Below, piece by piece: positions 13,401-25,747 of a stretch of DNA of 64,000 nucleotides (the first letter of the stretch is position 1; each line of letters begins with the position of its first letter). Under the pieces are notes generated by a model. It saw only the letters and a program-made list of their open reading frames with translations. It did no database searches and was not told the DNA's origin. Origin of the DNA: Azolla caroliniana (Eukaryota; Plantae; Polypodiophyta); assembly GCA_043228905.1 (NCBI GenBank), contig JBHGNT010000010.1:7378001-7442000 (forward strand). Direction: 5' to 3'. The translations under genes were made by a program, and so were the position numbers.

Positions 13401-14580
13401 TGTCGTGGTGTGGCTCGCCTACAAGCGTAGATAGAAGATAACATGAAAGTGAGGAAGGAATCACTGGGATTTTGGACGGAAGAGACGAAAGAGTAGAAAT
13501 AGATAAATAGTGATCAACAAGATATGACAAGATAGGATATAGAATGATAATTGAAGCAATAAAAGAGATTTATAATTATTTGATGAAAGAGTTACAAAAT
13601 AGTTGCGAGCATTGTTGAATTCGAACTTTGTCTCACAAGGTAGACCACAATCTTTGCTTCTATTGCTCTTCTCTTTCTTGATAGTAGACAACAATCTTCT
13701 CTTCTATCTTTCAATGAGATAAGACTTGAACCTCCACCCTTTTTGTGGAGAGTTGAGCACCACAACCGCCAACTTAGAGCTTCTCTTGTATATTGACCTT
13801 CTTTTCTTCTTTGTCTATTGTGATATCTCTTACAACATAACTCTATTTGATTCTATTGATATATATAATATAGTTCTTTTGATATTGATCGATTCCTTGA
13901 TCTCCCCTTGTGACTACACTCGCTTCTCCTTTTATAGGAAGGGGATGGGTTTGCATGTGGACCAAATGTCACACATGCAAAGAGGGCTCTTGCATGTGTG
14001 CTATATGGTGCACATGTAGTACATTACAATGTTACTTCAAATAAAACAATACATTTTCTTTTATACATATGATGAGTTTGGTTAAATGGTAGGTTTTGAG
14101 GTTCATAATGTGGAGGTTGTTGGTTCAATTCTTCTCTCGCCCATGTAATACAATATATGGTGCACATGTAGTACATTATATGGTTTAGGATTTAAACCAT
14201 ACAATATTACTTCAAATAAAACAAGACATATAATTTATGCAAACTACAATTATAGGGTAAATGGTAAGGTTTTAGAGTCATAAGGTGGGGGTTATTGGTT
14301 CAAGTCCTCTCTTGTCCATGTAATATATATGTATATACATTATTTTCTTGTACATATAATGTATAATATTATCATAGTGTGTTTTCAATATTACCTTTAT
14401 AAAACATTATCAATATATATTTTATTTTAGTTACGTATTTATCTTTTTGTAGACTTTTAATGTGAAGCTTTTGTACTTCACGACATCCACCCCCTCTAGA
14501 CCTGTACATCCTCTAGCATGTGCCACTATCTTTCATCTTCATGTTGATCTATTGGAGGAGGTTCAAGCTCGAACCAATTC

Positions 14581-15474
14581 TTAAAAACTTTTATCCTCTT
14601 TCCAGGGACCACATTCTTTTGGTATCGAATGATCTCGAAGGTCTACCTTGTTCCTCTCATGATTGGGACGAACTATCATAAACTGTACAATTCTTTGTCC
14701 ATCTTGGCTTCGAATCTTTGCATAGGCAGAACCATTGTCAAGGACTTTGGTCTCCATCCGTACCGTTTTTATGTATGGTTGCCCCAAGATTATTGGATAG
14801 GTAGATCCTTCTTGCACAAAGAAATGTTGATCTACCTCTACATCACCAATAGTAACCTTTACATTTGGGCATGCACCAAATAAATCTGCAGTGACTGATG
14901 TTGTTGCTTTTACTCGCCAACCATGATCAGTATCAATTGGCCATCTACCTTTCTTGTAAAAATCAGCACTCATTATATTTATTTCAGAACCATGATCAAT
15001 AAGTGCCATCACCGGGTCGGGAACATCTCCAATCTTCACATGATGTTTCGTAGTCGCTCTTGCCCAACATTTGTGAGAGTAGTGGCTTCTTGCATCTGTT
15101 GAATTTATCATTGAGGTTGATGCATGTTGAGAGTCAACAATGATATTGTTCGACTCGTTGCTTACCACTTCATATGCCACCTTCGTATTTGTTTCTTTAA
15201 CCTGCTCATTTACTTGCTTCTTTCTTCGCACAATATCAATTATTTTATCATGAAATTCCTTTTTTGCAATACCTAACACTTCTCTTAGTGTAAATTCTAC
15301 TCGACTGTCTAGTATTCTTGTTTCTAAAACTTTCTTTAAATCTGTATCTTTTTTAATATCAGACATTAATTTGAATGAAGGACCAGATTTAACTTCTTTG
15401 ACTTTTGCATCCATCTCTTTTCTTTTGCTTTCTCTTATCTCAAACTTTTTTGTTGAGCCAATCTCATCATCCAA
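14581..15474 (-). CDS. retropepsin-like aspartic protease region of element Z
   Basis: ALIDHGSEINIMS catalytic motif and YPIILGQPY. Confidence 0.82.
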   Translation of the reverse strand: MDDEIGSTKKFEIRESKRKEMDAKVKEVKSGPSFKLMSDIKKDTDLKKVLETRILDSRVEFTLREVLGIAKKEFHDKIIDIVRRKKQVNEQVKETNTKVAYEVVSNESNNIIVDSQHASTSMINSTDARSHYSHKCWARATTKHHVKIGDVPDPVMALIDHGSEINIMSADFYKKGRWPIDTDHGWRVKATTSVTADLFGACPNVKVTIGDVEVDQHFFVQEGSTYPIILGQPYIKTVRMETKVLDNGSAYAKIRSQDGQRIVQFMIVRPNHERNKVDLRDHSIPKECGPWKEDKSF

Positions 15475-15526
15475 CCTTTTCCTTTTTTTCTTCCACTATC
15501 ACCTCATGCTCTTGGTGTTCTGCAAT

Positions 15527-16753
15527 CTAAGCATAGACCGTCATAGCATCTACTAGAACATCCCATCCAGTGTTTTTCCTTATAGAATCTCCGACAACAC
15601 GAAGGTCTTCCATCTTCATCTTTTGCTTTTGTGCGGTACTTAAAACCTTCTCCCAAAATGATGGCATGTCATGGAGGCACATTCCTGTCGTTGCTGAGTA
15701 GTACATTGCGGAAGCCTTCTTTGCTTCAACTTCTTCAAATTTAACCTTAACACCACCATCACCAAAGTTCTTTGTAAGTGGACTTCTAGTTTCATTTAAA
15801 TAAATGTTACCATTTTTCCAATACACCAAGTCTCGATTTTCCATGTCTTTATATTCTTCACAATCACGTAGACGATGTTCGAGACTATTGCACCACATGC
15901 ATCAGCATCGGGGTCAAAATGGTTCCCTTGACCTCAAAGTTTGACCATTCTCAAGATTTGCCACTTTAATTGTTAGATCTTTCATACTTTGAACTAGATC
16001 ATCAAGAAAAGACTCGCTCTTAGTTCCGATCATTTCGCATGGTTGATGCACTATTTTGTGTGATGGTTCTCGACCATGTCTTTGAACTTTGATGTTTTGA
16101 TCAAGCCGATTCATGATTCCCACATGTGGTATTTGTAGCATTACACCATTCCTTTGCATTCTTTTCATAAATTTATTACAAGCATTTGTTACCTCATTCC
16201 AATCTGCCGTTATACCATCCTCGGTATTTGGCACTTCAAGCATAAATTCCAATTCTTTTCTATATCTCTTGTCAATTGCCTGCAAAAATAAAGCAACCTT
16301 TTGCCAAGACAAAGAATTTCTTTCTTCTGGCTTTAAGTGTCCATACATCCTATCAAACTCTTTTTTTGTGTCAGCCACAAATAACCCTTTATCTTCTTTC
16401 AAGATCCATTCATGAAATGAATGCATAGTAACTCGAGAGAAATCTTCACGAGAATATTAAGACACAAGCGCTTCTTTGAATGCATTCTAATCCAAACTAT
16501 GCAATGCTTGTATTTCACGAATTCTATCTCTTAATTCCATTTCCACTAATTTATAAAAGTTTGCTATCATATTGACATCATTCACACCAAACATTTCCAT
16601 TTCATCATAATATATATTGACATACTTTGAGATATTTGTGCCATCAAACACGCCAATCTTCTCTCGGACTTCTTGTAAGGCATGAAATAATTGATCTTGA
16701 TTCAATTTTTCAATAAATAACCTTACAGGATCCATTGTACTCATACTTGCCAT
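15527..16753 (-). pseudogene. gypsy gag of element Z (three broken ORFs)
   Basis: VFDGTNISKY N-terminal gag motif and a C-x2-C-x4-H-x4-C knuckle ((C)MWCNSLEHRLRDC). Confidence 0.75.
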
Positions 16754-17872
16754 GTTGATGTTGATCTTTACTTTAGATGTCTCTTCTACTTCCCCGTGTC
16801 ACATCGAGTTCACCAAATTGTGTCATGGCGTGGCTCGCCTAGAAGCGTAGCGTTGCGTAGACAGAAGATAACGTGAAAGTGAGGAAGGAATCATTGGGAT
16901 TTTGGACGGAAGAGACGAAAGAGTAGAAATAGATAAATATTGATCAACAAAATATGACAAGATAGGATATAGAATGATCATTGAAGCAATAAAAGAGATT
17001 TATAATTATTTGATGAAAGAGTTACAAAATAGTTGCGAGCGTTGTTGAACTACAACTTTGTCTGACAAGGTAGACCACAATCTTCGCTTCTATTGCTCTT
17101 CTCTTTCTTGATAGTAGACCACAATATTCTCTTCTATCTTTCAATGAGATAAGACTCGAACCTCCACCCTTTTTGTTGAGAGTTGAGCACCACAACCGCC
17201 AACTTAGAGCTTTTCTTGTATATTGACCTTCTTTTCTTCTTTCTCTATTGTGATATCTCTTACAAAATAACTCTATTTGATTCTATTGATATATATAATA
17301 TAGTTCTTTTGATATTGATCGATTCCTTGATCTCCCCTTGTGACTACACTCCCTTCTCCTTTTATAGGAAGGGGATGGTTTTGCATGTGGACCAAATGTC
17401 ACACATGCAAAGAGGGCTCTTGCATGTGTGCTATATGGTGCACATGTAGTACATTACATGGTATACAATATTACTTCAAATAACACAACACATTTTCTTT
17501 TATACATATGATGAGTTTGGTTAAATGGTAGGCTTTGAGGTTCAGAATGTGGAGGTTGTTGGTTCAAGTCTTCTCTTACCCATGTAATACAATATATGGT
17601 GCACATGTAGTACATCATATGGTTTAGGATTTAAACCATACAATATTACTTCAAATAAAACAATACATATAATTATTTTTATACAAACTACAATTATAGG
17701 GTAAATGGTAAGGTTTCAGAGTCATAAGGTGGGGATTATTGGTTCAAGTCCCGTCTTGTCCATGTAATATGTATATATTATTTCCCTGTACATATAATGT
17801 ATAATATTATCATAGTGTGTTTTCAGTATTACCTTTATAAAACATTATGTGAAGCTTTTGTACTTCACGACA

Positions 17873-18182
17873 ACGGTAACTAATTAGCTATAGTAGTACA
17901 ATAGTGGTAGCTAATTAGCTACTTCGTGAAGGGTAGAAGCTAATTAGTTAATGCCAAACCATAGTGTGGCAGCTACATAGCTTCATAGAAGTAACTAAGC
18001 ACCTACAAAGAAGTATGGAATAGCTAAAGAGAAGTAGCTAACCAACTATAGAGAAGTAGCTTATTAGCAACAAACATCACACAGAATATGCTAAGGTTGT
18101 TGACCTAAGCGAGATAAGGAGCTAAAGAGCTAAATAGATAGAGAGTTGGAGCATGCTAGAATTACCAACCGCTAATTAGCTT
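17873..18182. repeat. TAGCTAATTAGCTA minisatellite (right, decaying part)
   Basis: The same motif resumes immediately after element Z. Confidence 0.8.
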
Positions 18183-18498
18183 ATACATGTTGTTGTAGAA
18201 CCTCATGGATTAACTCACTTGCATGAGGTGTCCAGTTGAGATGGCGTTATAACCGATGAGGAGATATTTGGCAATGTGGCTGAGATTAAGAGTCCCGCTA
18301 TCAGATCATCTTTAGATTAGCTTCACCCAATTCTTTTGGAAGATTGTAGTGAATTAGATTGTGAAAAGTAATGAAATACTCGACCCAGCATGTAAATCTA
18401 AGGTTCATAACAACAGTGTTTCTGAACACTTGATGCAATATTTCTTCAACTCCCAGAACCTTGAATCAACCCCACTGAGCCTAGTTACTAATGATGTC

Positions 18499-20786
18499 TA
18501 TTAGAGACTTGAACTAATGTAAGCATTAGATAAGGATAGAATATAGATCAAAATAGAAAGGAGAGAGAAAGAAGGGTGCCGATCCACCCGACCACCCCCG
18601 AGCAAAGGGATTGAGACAGGCTCGAGCCTCGATCGGCATCCCATACCACCGTCGTGGTGTCGAGTCATAGCTGGTGTTGGCGCGCTCACTACAAGAGTTG
18701 ACCCACCACAAGATAGAGTCTCGACGTAGTCAACAAGATGATCAAATGAGGGTATCTAGGCCTCTTATTTATAACGATACCCAAGGCCCCCAGGCAAGTT
18801 CACACTTGGCCTAATGGGTTATCTCAATCCCGATGATTAAAAGTAATCCTCCCCTTCTTTACACTCACCACGGGATATTATATGGTCATGCCCGTAACAT
18901 ACTCCCCCTCTTTAAAACATTGCACTCTTGCAATGGAAAGTTAGGGAAGTTAGTTATGAGAGTATTTTTACGTTCCCATGTGGCATCTTTTATTGATTTA
19001 TCCATCCATTTTATTTTAAATTCTCGGATTTCTTTAGTACGTAATTTTTTTGTTTTAACATCGAGAATTCTTTCTAGTACATGTGGTTTAGAGGATAATT
19101 CTTCAGAAGTAACCAGAGTTTTAGTTGTAACTGTATTGTCGCCAGAACCTAGAAGTTCTTTTAGACGAGTCACATGAAAAATTGGATGAATTTCAATGCC
19201 ATCGGGAAGAGCGAGACAATAGGCTGATGACCCAATGCGTTTGAGGACTATAAAAGGTCCACAAAACCGTGGGGCTAACTTAGCGCACTTACCCTTAGAC
19301 AATGTCTTAGAATTGTGAGGTACACGTAAAAATACCTTCTGTGCAGGGTTGAATACACGAGGTTGCCTATGATGATCGACATAAAAACGTGCTCTATCTT
19401 GAGATGTTTTTATATTATCTCGTGCAATATGCAACATATCTTGCATATCCGAAGGAAGTTTTGCGTACTTCACAACTCATCATGATGTATATTAACATCA
19501 ATCGGGGGTCGTGGCTAAAAACCATACATCAACATAAAAGGACGTATGCTTGGAGCTGTTATAAGCAAGTTACTCCAAAATTGGGAGATAACATTCCCAT
19601 TTTGTTTGTTTTGCACCAACGTATGCTCGAAACATGTCCTCAATAATTTGATTTACTCGTTTTGTCTGTCCATCGGATTGAGGATGATCCGTGGAGCTCA
19701 TGCTCAACGTAGTTTCTAACTTCTTAAAGACTTGCGTCCATAAGTCACTAGTAGATTTTGGATCTCGATCACTCACGATATCCATCAGTAACCCATAAAA
19801 AAGAAATAACTCGTCAATGAGTTGGTAAGCCAATTCAAGAGCTGTTACTGTGGTTTTAGTAGCAATAAACCTGGCCATTTTAGTTAGTCTATCAACCACA
19901 ACCCAGATTGCATCATGGCCTTTTTGGGTGCGAGGAAGGCTAACAATAAAATCCATGGATATACTTTCCCACTTATTATGTGGAATGTCCAAGGGATGTA
20001 AAAGTTTGGCGGCTTTAAGTCACTCGGCTTTGTTAACCTGACATTGGTGACATTTAGTCACATAACTATGTATGTCAGGGCATATCTTAGGCCAATAGAA
20101 TTGAGTGGAGATGAGAACGAGTGTACGATGTATTCTAGGGTGCCCTGTTGAGGGTGCATCATGGCATTCAAACAGAATTCTCTTCTTTACCTCAGGCAGA
20201 TCTGGAACACAAACCTTCCCATTACGGTAGAGCAGACCGTTAGCAATGTGGAAGTATTCCTTCGAGGATGTTGTGGTGTCTGTTCCAGACTCTACTCTTG
20301 CCCAGTATTTTGCGAAATAACTATCATCAGGATACTTTCCTCGAAGGTGATCATAAAGATCTGATGTTATTTTAGTAAAGCTAAGCATGTTAAATTCACA
20401 AATGTGACTTAGTGCATCAAAACCACAGTGTTCATGGAACCTTTACGTTATCGTATGGAAAAATCAAAGTCTTAGATGAGATCAACCCATCGTGCCTTAC
20501 GACCTTTCAGGTCTTGTTGGTCACAAAAATATTTCAAGCACTCATGGTCCGTAGTTACCCCAAAGTGATTTCCATAAAGATAATGGCACCATGTTTTGAA
20601 CGTATGTATAACTGCGAATAAATCCTTTTCTTGAACGGTATACCGACATTGAGCATAATCAAGTTTCTTACTCTCGAATGCTATTGGTTTACCATCTTGA
20701 TATAAGACAACACCTATAGCATAATCGCTTGCTTCGGTTTCAACCTCAAAAGGTTTTGAAGGATCAGGTAAAAGAAGTGAAGGAGC
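18499..20786 (-). mobile_element. 3' part of chromovirus copy D0 (RNase H, integrase, chromodomain, PPT, LTR 18499-18899)
   Basis: FEVETEASDYAIG, WESISMDFI, KLAPRFCGPF, ILDVKT...FKIKW...DATWE; PPT AGAGGGGGAGTA then TGTTACGGG. Confidence 0.92.
18886..19473 (-). pseudogene. integrase C-terminus with GPY/F motif and chromodomain
   Basis: RFCGPF, HPIFHVTRLK and chromodomain KW...ATWE. Confidence 0.88.
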
Positions 20787-21561
20787 TAGGTAAAATAAAA
20801 TGGATGGATAAATCAATAAAAGAGGCCACATGGGAACATGAAAGTACTCTCAGAACTAACTTCCCTAACTTTCCATTGCAAGAGTGCAATGTTTTAAAGA
20901 GGGGGGGAGTATGTTACGGGCATGACCATATAATATCCCGTGGTGAGAATTTACCGTAGTATTCTATACACGTGGATAAGTGTGACGGTTAAACGAGAGT
21001 GTAAAGAAGGGGAGGATTACTTTTAAATCCTCGGGATTGAGACAATCCATTAGGCCAAGTGTAAAATTGCCTGGGGGCCTTGGGTATCGCTATAAATAAG
21101 AGGCCTAGTTACTCTCATTTCATTATCTTGTTGATTAGGTTGAGACTCTGTCTTGTGGTGGATCAACTCTTGTAGCGAGCGAGCGAGCACCAGGTACGAC
21201 TCGACGCCACGGCGGTGGTATGGGACGCCAATCGAGGCTCGAGTCCGTCTTGATCACTTCGCTCGGGGGTGGTAGGGTGGATCAACACCCTTCTTTCTCT
21301 CTCTCCTTTCTTTCTATCTACCTAGATCTATCCTTATCTAATGCTTACTTTAGTACATGTCTCTGATATTTGGTATCCGAGCCTATGTACTAGTCTTTCT
21401 TTTGTTGGTCTTATCTTCTCGATGGATGGCTATTGATCGTTGTGCGGTTGGCCTTCATGCAGACAAGGATCAATAAGGAACTTTGGTAATCTTTCTTGTT
21501 ATTTTCATTAATTAAATTATGTTGTAGTGGTATTTAATTGGTTATCTAAAACGTTTACATA

Positions 21562-21816
21562 TGTGCACGAGGTCAATACCTTGTTCGACATATAAATAAT
21601 ATGTGATAAGTGTTGTATGCGTACGAGGTTAATACCTCAATTACGTATTACGTTCACGAACATATGTTACGTTTGCGTATGAGGTCAACACCTCGATTTT
21701 GTTGTAAATGATATGCGTTTGGTCTCGTATGTGTAAGAGGTCAATACCTCAATTGCGTATTACGTTGAACCCTTATTTTGGGATGTCTCGTGTGCGTAGA
21801 GGTATATGCCTCGATT
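21562..21816 (+). repeat. five GAGGT-N4-ACCTC stem-loop repeats with about 56-bp period in the leader of D
   Basis: Cores start at 21569, 21625, 21681, 21737 and 21799. Confidence 0.8.
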
Positions 21817-22129
21817 ACATATCTCGATTACGTCATTTTTGGCTATTAAATATAACGATTTCTTTAATATAGGCATATGTGGTCACGTGTATACGTCGTT
21901 GATTGTATATATGTGATAATATACATGTGTATATACGTTCTTACGTGATTTTAAATCGAATGTTTTCCTTTTCGGGGAAAGGTTCTTGGTGGCCGTCCTC
22001 ACATTTTTGTGAGAATCGTGTTGTCACCATCCTTTTTTTTCAACAATTTTTTATTGTTGAAATCCCCGTTGGTGACTTCGATATTTTGTTACGTATAGAA
22101 ACGCCAATAGCCATAATGATGTTGAGTAC

Positions 22130-23857
22130 TGTTAAACACAGTGCTCGGCTACGACCGAGGAATAGGATCAACTCACAGAAAAACAGGAAATACAAAATAC
22201 ACGAAGACAACAGAGAGAAAGGTACACATGATGTTTTACGTGGAAAACCCTAAATGGGAAAAAACCACGGGAGTCCTCAAACTCCAACTATCACTATAAA
22301 CAGAGATGTACAATGGTAAAGCTACAAGGCAACAACCTTGAGCTCACTGTCTTCGCCACAGGCGGCGGCAATACACAGAGGCGTCGACCTCTTCCTTTCT
22401 CTCTCTTTCTCTCTCGGCTGCTCTCACTTCGCTCCCTTGGCAGAAAACATAAAATGAGCAACAACATTTAAACTGTTTGCCCTAAGTCATATTTATACAC
22501 ATATGACTTTCGGGCTATTTACAAATATAGCCTCAAGGGCTCTTGGCAAACATATTCACAAATATGTCCCCGCATCCGGATCTCTCTCCGGGTACATTCG
22601 TCATCCGGCTCCGTAACCGGGGTCTTCAGCATCCGGCTCCGTAACCGGGGTCTTCATCATCCGGTTCCCGGATATCCGACCATCCCATCCGGAGGGACCG
22701 TAATCCCAACAAACTCCCCCTTCACTTCGGCATGGGATGTCTCTCCAATCCGATCCTTTTCCGGCATGCTTCCAGCTTGTCGGGTGTGAGTACCTTGGTC
22801 AGCATATCCGACCCGTTCTCGTCCGTGTGGATCTTCGTCAGCATGAACTCCTTGTCTTCTATCCTTTCCCGGATCCAGTGGTATCTACGCTGGATGTGTT
22901 TCGTCCGGGAATGGTAAGCCGCGTTCTTCGCAAGGTGGATGGCACTCTGACTATCGCAGTAGAGCCGACACTCCTCCTGCCGGATACCGAGCTCTCTAAT
23001 GAAGTCCTTCATCCATATTATTTCCTTGCCGGCTTCAACAGCCGCCATGTACTCCGCCTCCGTGGTTGACAACGCAACCGTCTTCTGCAATCTCGACTGC
23101 CACGAAACGGCTCCCCCTGCATATGTCATTACATACCCTGATGTAGACCGACTGGTATCCGCATCAGCCGACATGTCCGAATCGGTAAATCCATCGAGTT
23201 CGGGCTTACCGGAGCCGAATCGGAGGCACATGTTCGAAGTGCCCTTTAAGTATCGGAGTATCCATTTGACCGCGTTCCAGTGCTCTTTGCCCGGATTGCT
23301 CATGTACCGGCTCACCACTCCGACTGCGTATCCTATGTCCGGTCTTGTGCACACCATTGCGTACATCAAGCTTCCGACGGCAGAGGCATATGGTACTTTC
23401 ATCATGTCCTCTTTCTCAGCCTTTGTCTTGGGGCTTTGCTTGCTGGACAACTTGCAGTTTGCCGGGAGGGTTGATCCGACCGGTCTTGCTTCCGACATGT
23501 TGAACCGGTGAAGCACCTTTGTCACGTACTTCTCCTGTGACAGCCACAACTGCTTCTTCTTCCGGTTCCGGATGATGTGCATCCCTAGTATTTGTCTCGC
23601 CGGACCCAGGTCCTTCATTGAGAAAGTTCGGTGAAGCGCTTTCTTCAGCATCCGTATCTTGGCCTGGTCCCGTCCGACGATCAACATGTCGTCCACGTAC
23701 AGGAGGAGTATTAGAGAGTCTCCTCCTTCGAATTTCTTCACAAACACGCAGTGATCGGACTGCGTTTTGTGGTACCCTTCGTCGGTCATGAAGGAGTCGA
23801 ACTTCCGGTACCATTGCCGGGGAGCCTGCTTCAGTCCGTAAAGGCTCTTCTTCAACC
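22130..23857 (-). mobile_element. 3' half of copia E (Tork-like, related to C): RT-RNase H, PPT, 3' LTR 22130-22711
   Basis: Uninterrupted ORF; PPT TGAAGGGGGAGTT then TGTTGGG...TTTAACA; about 27-bp tandem duplication in the LTR near 22602-22657. Confidence 0.9.
22722..23855 (-). CDS. copia RT C-half + RNase H, open for 377 aa, 5'-truncated
   Basis: SLYGLKQAPRQW, LYVDDML, FTDSD, TTEAEY, RTKHI, SDMLTK. Confidence 0.92.
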   Translation of the reverse strand: MKKSLYGLKQAPRQWYRKFDSFMTDEGYHKTQSDHCVFVKKFEGGDSLILLLYVDDMLIVGRDQAKIRMLKKALHRTFSMKDLGPARQILGMHIIRNRKKKQLWLSQEKYVTKVLHRFNMSEARPVGSTLPANCKLSSKQSPKTKAEKEDMMKVPYASAVGSLMYAMVCTRPDIGYAVGVVSRYMSNPGKEHWNAVKWILRYLKGTSNMCLRFGSGKPELDGFTDSDMSADADTSRSTSGYVMTYAGGAVSWQSRLQKTVALSTTEAEYMAAVEAGKEIIWMKDFIRELGIRQEECRLYCDSQSAIHLAKNAAYHSRTKHIQRRYHWIRERIEDKEFMLTKIHTDENGSDMLTKVLTPDKLEACRKRIGLERHPMPK

Positions 23858-24456
23858 CCCATGGTTTTTAAAACACCTTTGTGTTACCATAGTAACCTGA
23901 TCTTGAACCTCATCTCATATGTCTAGAGGGGTATTGACGTGAGATCATGATATCGATTAATGTTTTCCCATGATATGTTTACATCACGACATGATGTTAT
24001 GACTATCTCTCTGACCTTATCCTATTTCTTTTCCAGAAATAATCATTTAATGGCTCAAAATAATGACCCAATGTCATCCGCTCAAGCGGAAGGAACTCAA
24101 GGGAATCCTCCTGGACAAATGTCCATTGAGATGTATTTTTTGCAAATAACCCAATACCTTAGTTTCACCGCTCAATAGATGACCGAACTTCGGCAATCTA
24201 AAAGTGCTCTCGAGGACGTGTCATTAGTCTACAACGTGAGACTAATAGACCTGATGAGCGACAGGATGAACTATCATTTGTCGTTAAGCCATTTACATGA
24301 GACAAAAAGGAAAGAACCGAAGAAGCAATCTGCATGTGGCTGGGTTGATGAGAGTCTCATTTTGAGTTCTATCCCACGCCAGATAGTACGAAGATTGCAT
24401 ATGTTGGCCAAGAACTAGGGGGTAAGGCCGCCGCCTGGTGGCGTGGGCTCCGTACG

Positions 24457-25737
24457 TTGGGGAAATTGTCCGATACTTGGATAGATTTTGTCACAGTTTT
24501 CAAGGGCCAATTTCTGCAACCTCCCTCTCGAACCGAGGCAGCACAAGCTTTAATGAACCTCTCTAGTCGGAAATTTTCCTCGCTAGAAGATTATGTCCAC
24601 CATGCTAGAACCCAAATCCAAAAGTCGGGTCTAGAAGGAGACAATTGGTTAATAGCTTGTTTTGTCAATGGCATCCCCAATTTGGACTATCACTGGATAG
24701 TGCACAATAAGGATCCAAAATCCTTCGAAGATGCCGTTGAAATAGTTCTTCGCTATCAATGCACTTCGAAGAAGGACCAAAACAAACCCAACGAAGCACC
24801 CGGGACTAAGCAGTCACAATTCGTTGGGAAACGCAAGACACCCAACGAATTCATGGATCGCGATTGTAAGCGACAACATCCTTTTTGCGTATTCTGCAAA
24901 AAGAAGGGTCATACAAAAGATCAATGTCGAAAGCTCCAACAGAAAGAGCACGACAAGAAAGCTAAAGTTGCAGACCATAAAGGTCAAATTCCTAATGTCC
25001 TTCAGGTCTATACACATCATTTAAGTAATTGTCAATGTTCTTTCCCTGACTATGTATTGGGTCCCAATGATTTACTATGTGCAAACGGGTATATCAATGG
25101 ATCTCCCGTGCAATTTTTATTTGATTTGGGAAGCTCACACAATTTTTTGAATGATCGTTTGGTTCAGATATGGGTAATCCAACCCACCGTAAGTGATCAC
25201 ACCTACACGGTGCACTTGGCTGTTGGAAGAGTACGATACATCAACGGGGCGATTCATTCATTAGGAATTTCTATTGACACTTATATAGAGGAAGTAGACT
25301 TCCATGTAATGAATCTTTGTACCACCGATGTAATATTGGGTTATCCCTGGTTTTATAATAAAAGCTCTTCTTTATCTATTGATTGGGTTCATCATTCAAT
25401 TACATTTGTACTGAACAATTGTACTCATTTTATTCAATGTGTAAAAAAACAATCCCTCTCGATTGTTTCCTCGTGTCCATCAATATCCGAGTTGTCTTGT
25501 TCTACTCTATTTTATTGTGTACTTGATCCGGACATTCACGTTTACAATATCGATAATGTCTCGGTTCAATTAACATATTTTGAACAACAACAACTTGATG
25601 AAATCTTAAATGATTTTCGTGATGTTTTTCCGAGTGAACTACCAGATGGCTTACCTCCTAAACGTAATATAGACCATCGTATAGATATTGTACCTAGTGT
25701 TGCACCAATAAGTATACCTCCTTATTGCTTAAGTTGA
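24457..25737 (+). pseudogene. chromovirus gag + protease (element D)
   Basis: CVFCKKKGHTKDQC knuckle, LFDLGSSHNF, DVILGYPW, LPPKRNIDHRI. Confidence 0.88.
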
Positions 25738-25747
25738 TCCAAAGAAG

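Larger units (their letters stand above)
13401..17872 (-). mobile_element. non-autonomous Ty3/gypsy element Z (LTR-gag-protease-LTR)
   Basis: Similar LTRs at 16821-17872 (5') and 13401-14485 (3'). PBS TGGTGAACTCGATGTGA (minus, about 16799-16815) resembles the complement of the plant tRNA-Trp 3' end. PPT AGAGGGGGTGGA (minus, 14486-14497). No RT, RNase H or integrase. Confidence 0.9.

Noticed and set aside
14074-14318. Functional tRNA-Met genes
   Set aside because: A/B boxes are present but acceptor and anticodon stems do not pair properly. Treated as tRNA-like LTR modules.
21562-21816. CRISPR-like repeat-spacer appearance
   Set aside because: Eukaryotic retrotransposon leader, no cas genes, degenerate repeats, and spacers 2 and 4 are related. 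Kept as a stem-loop array.
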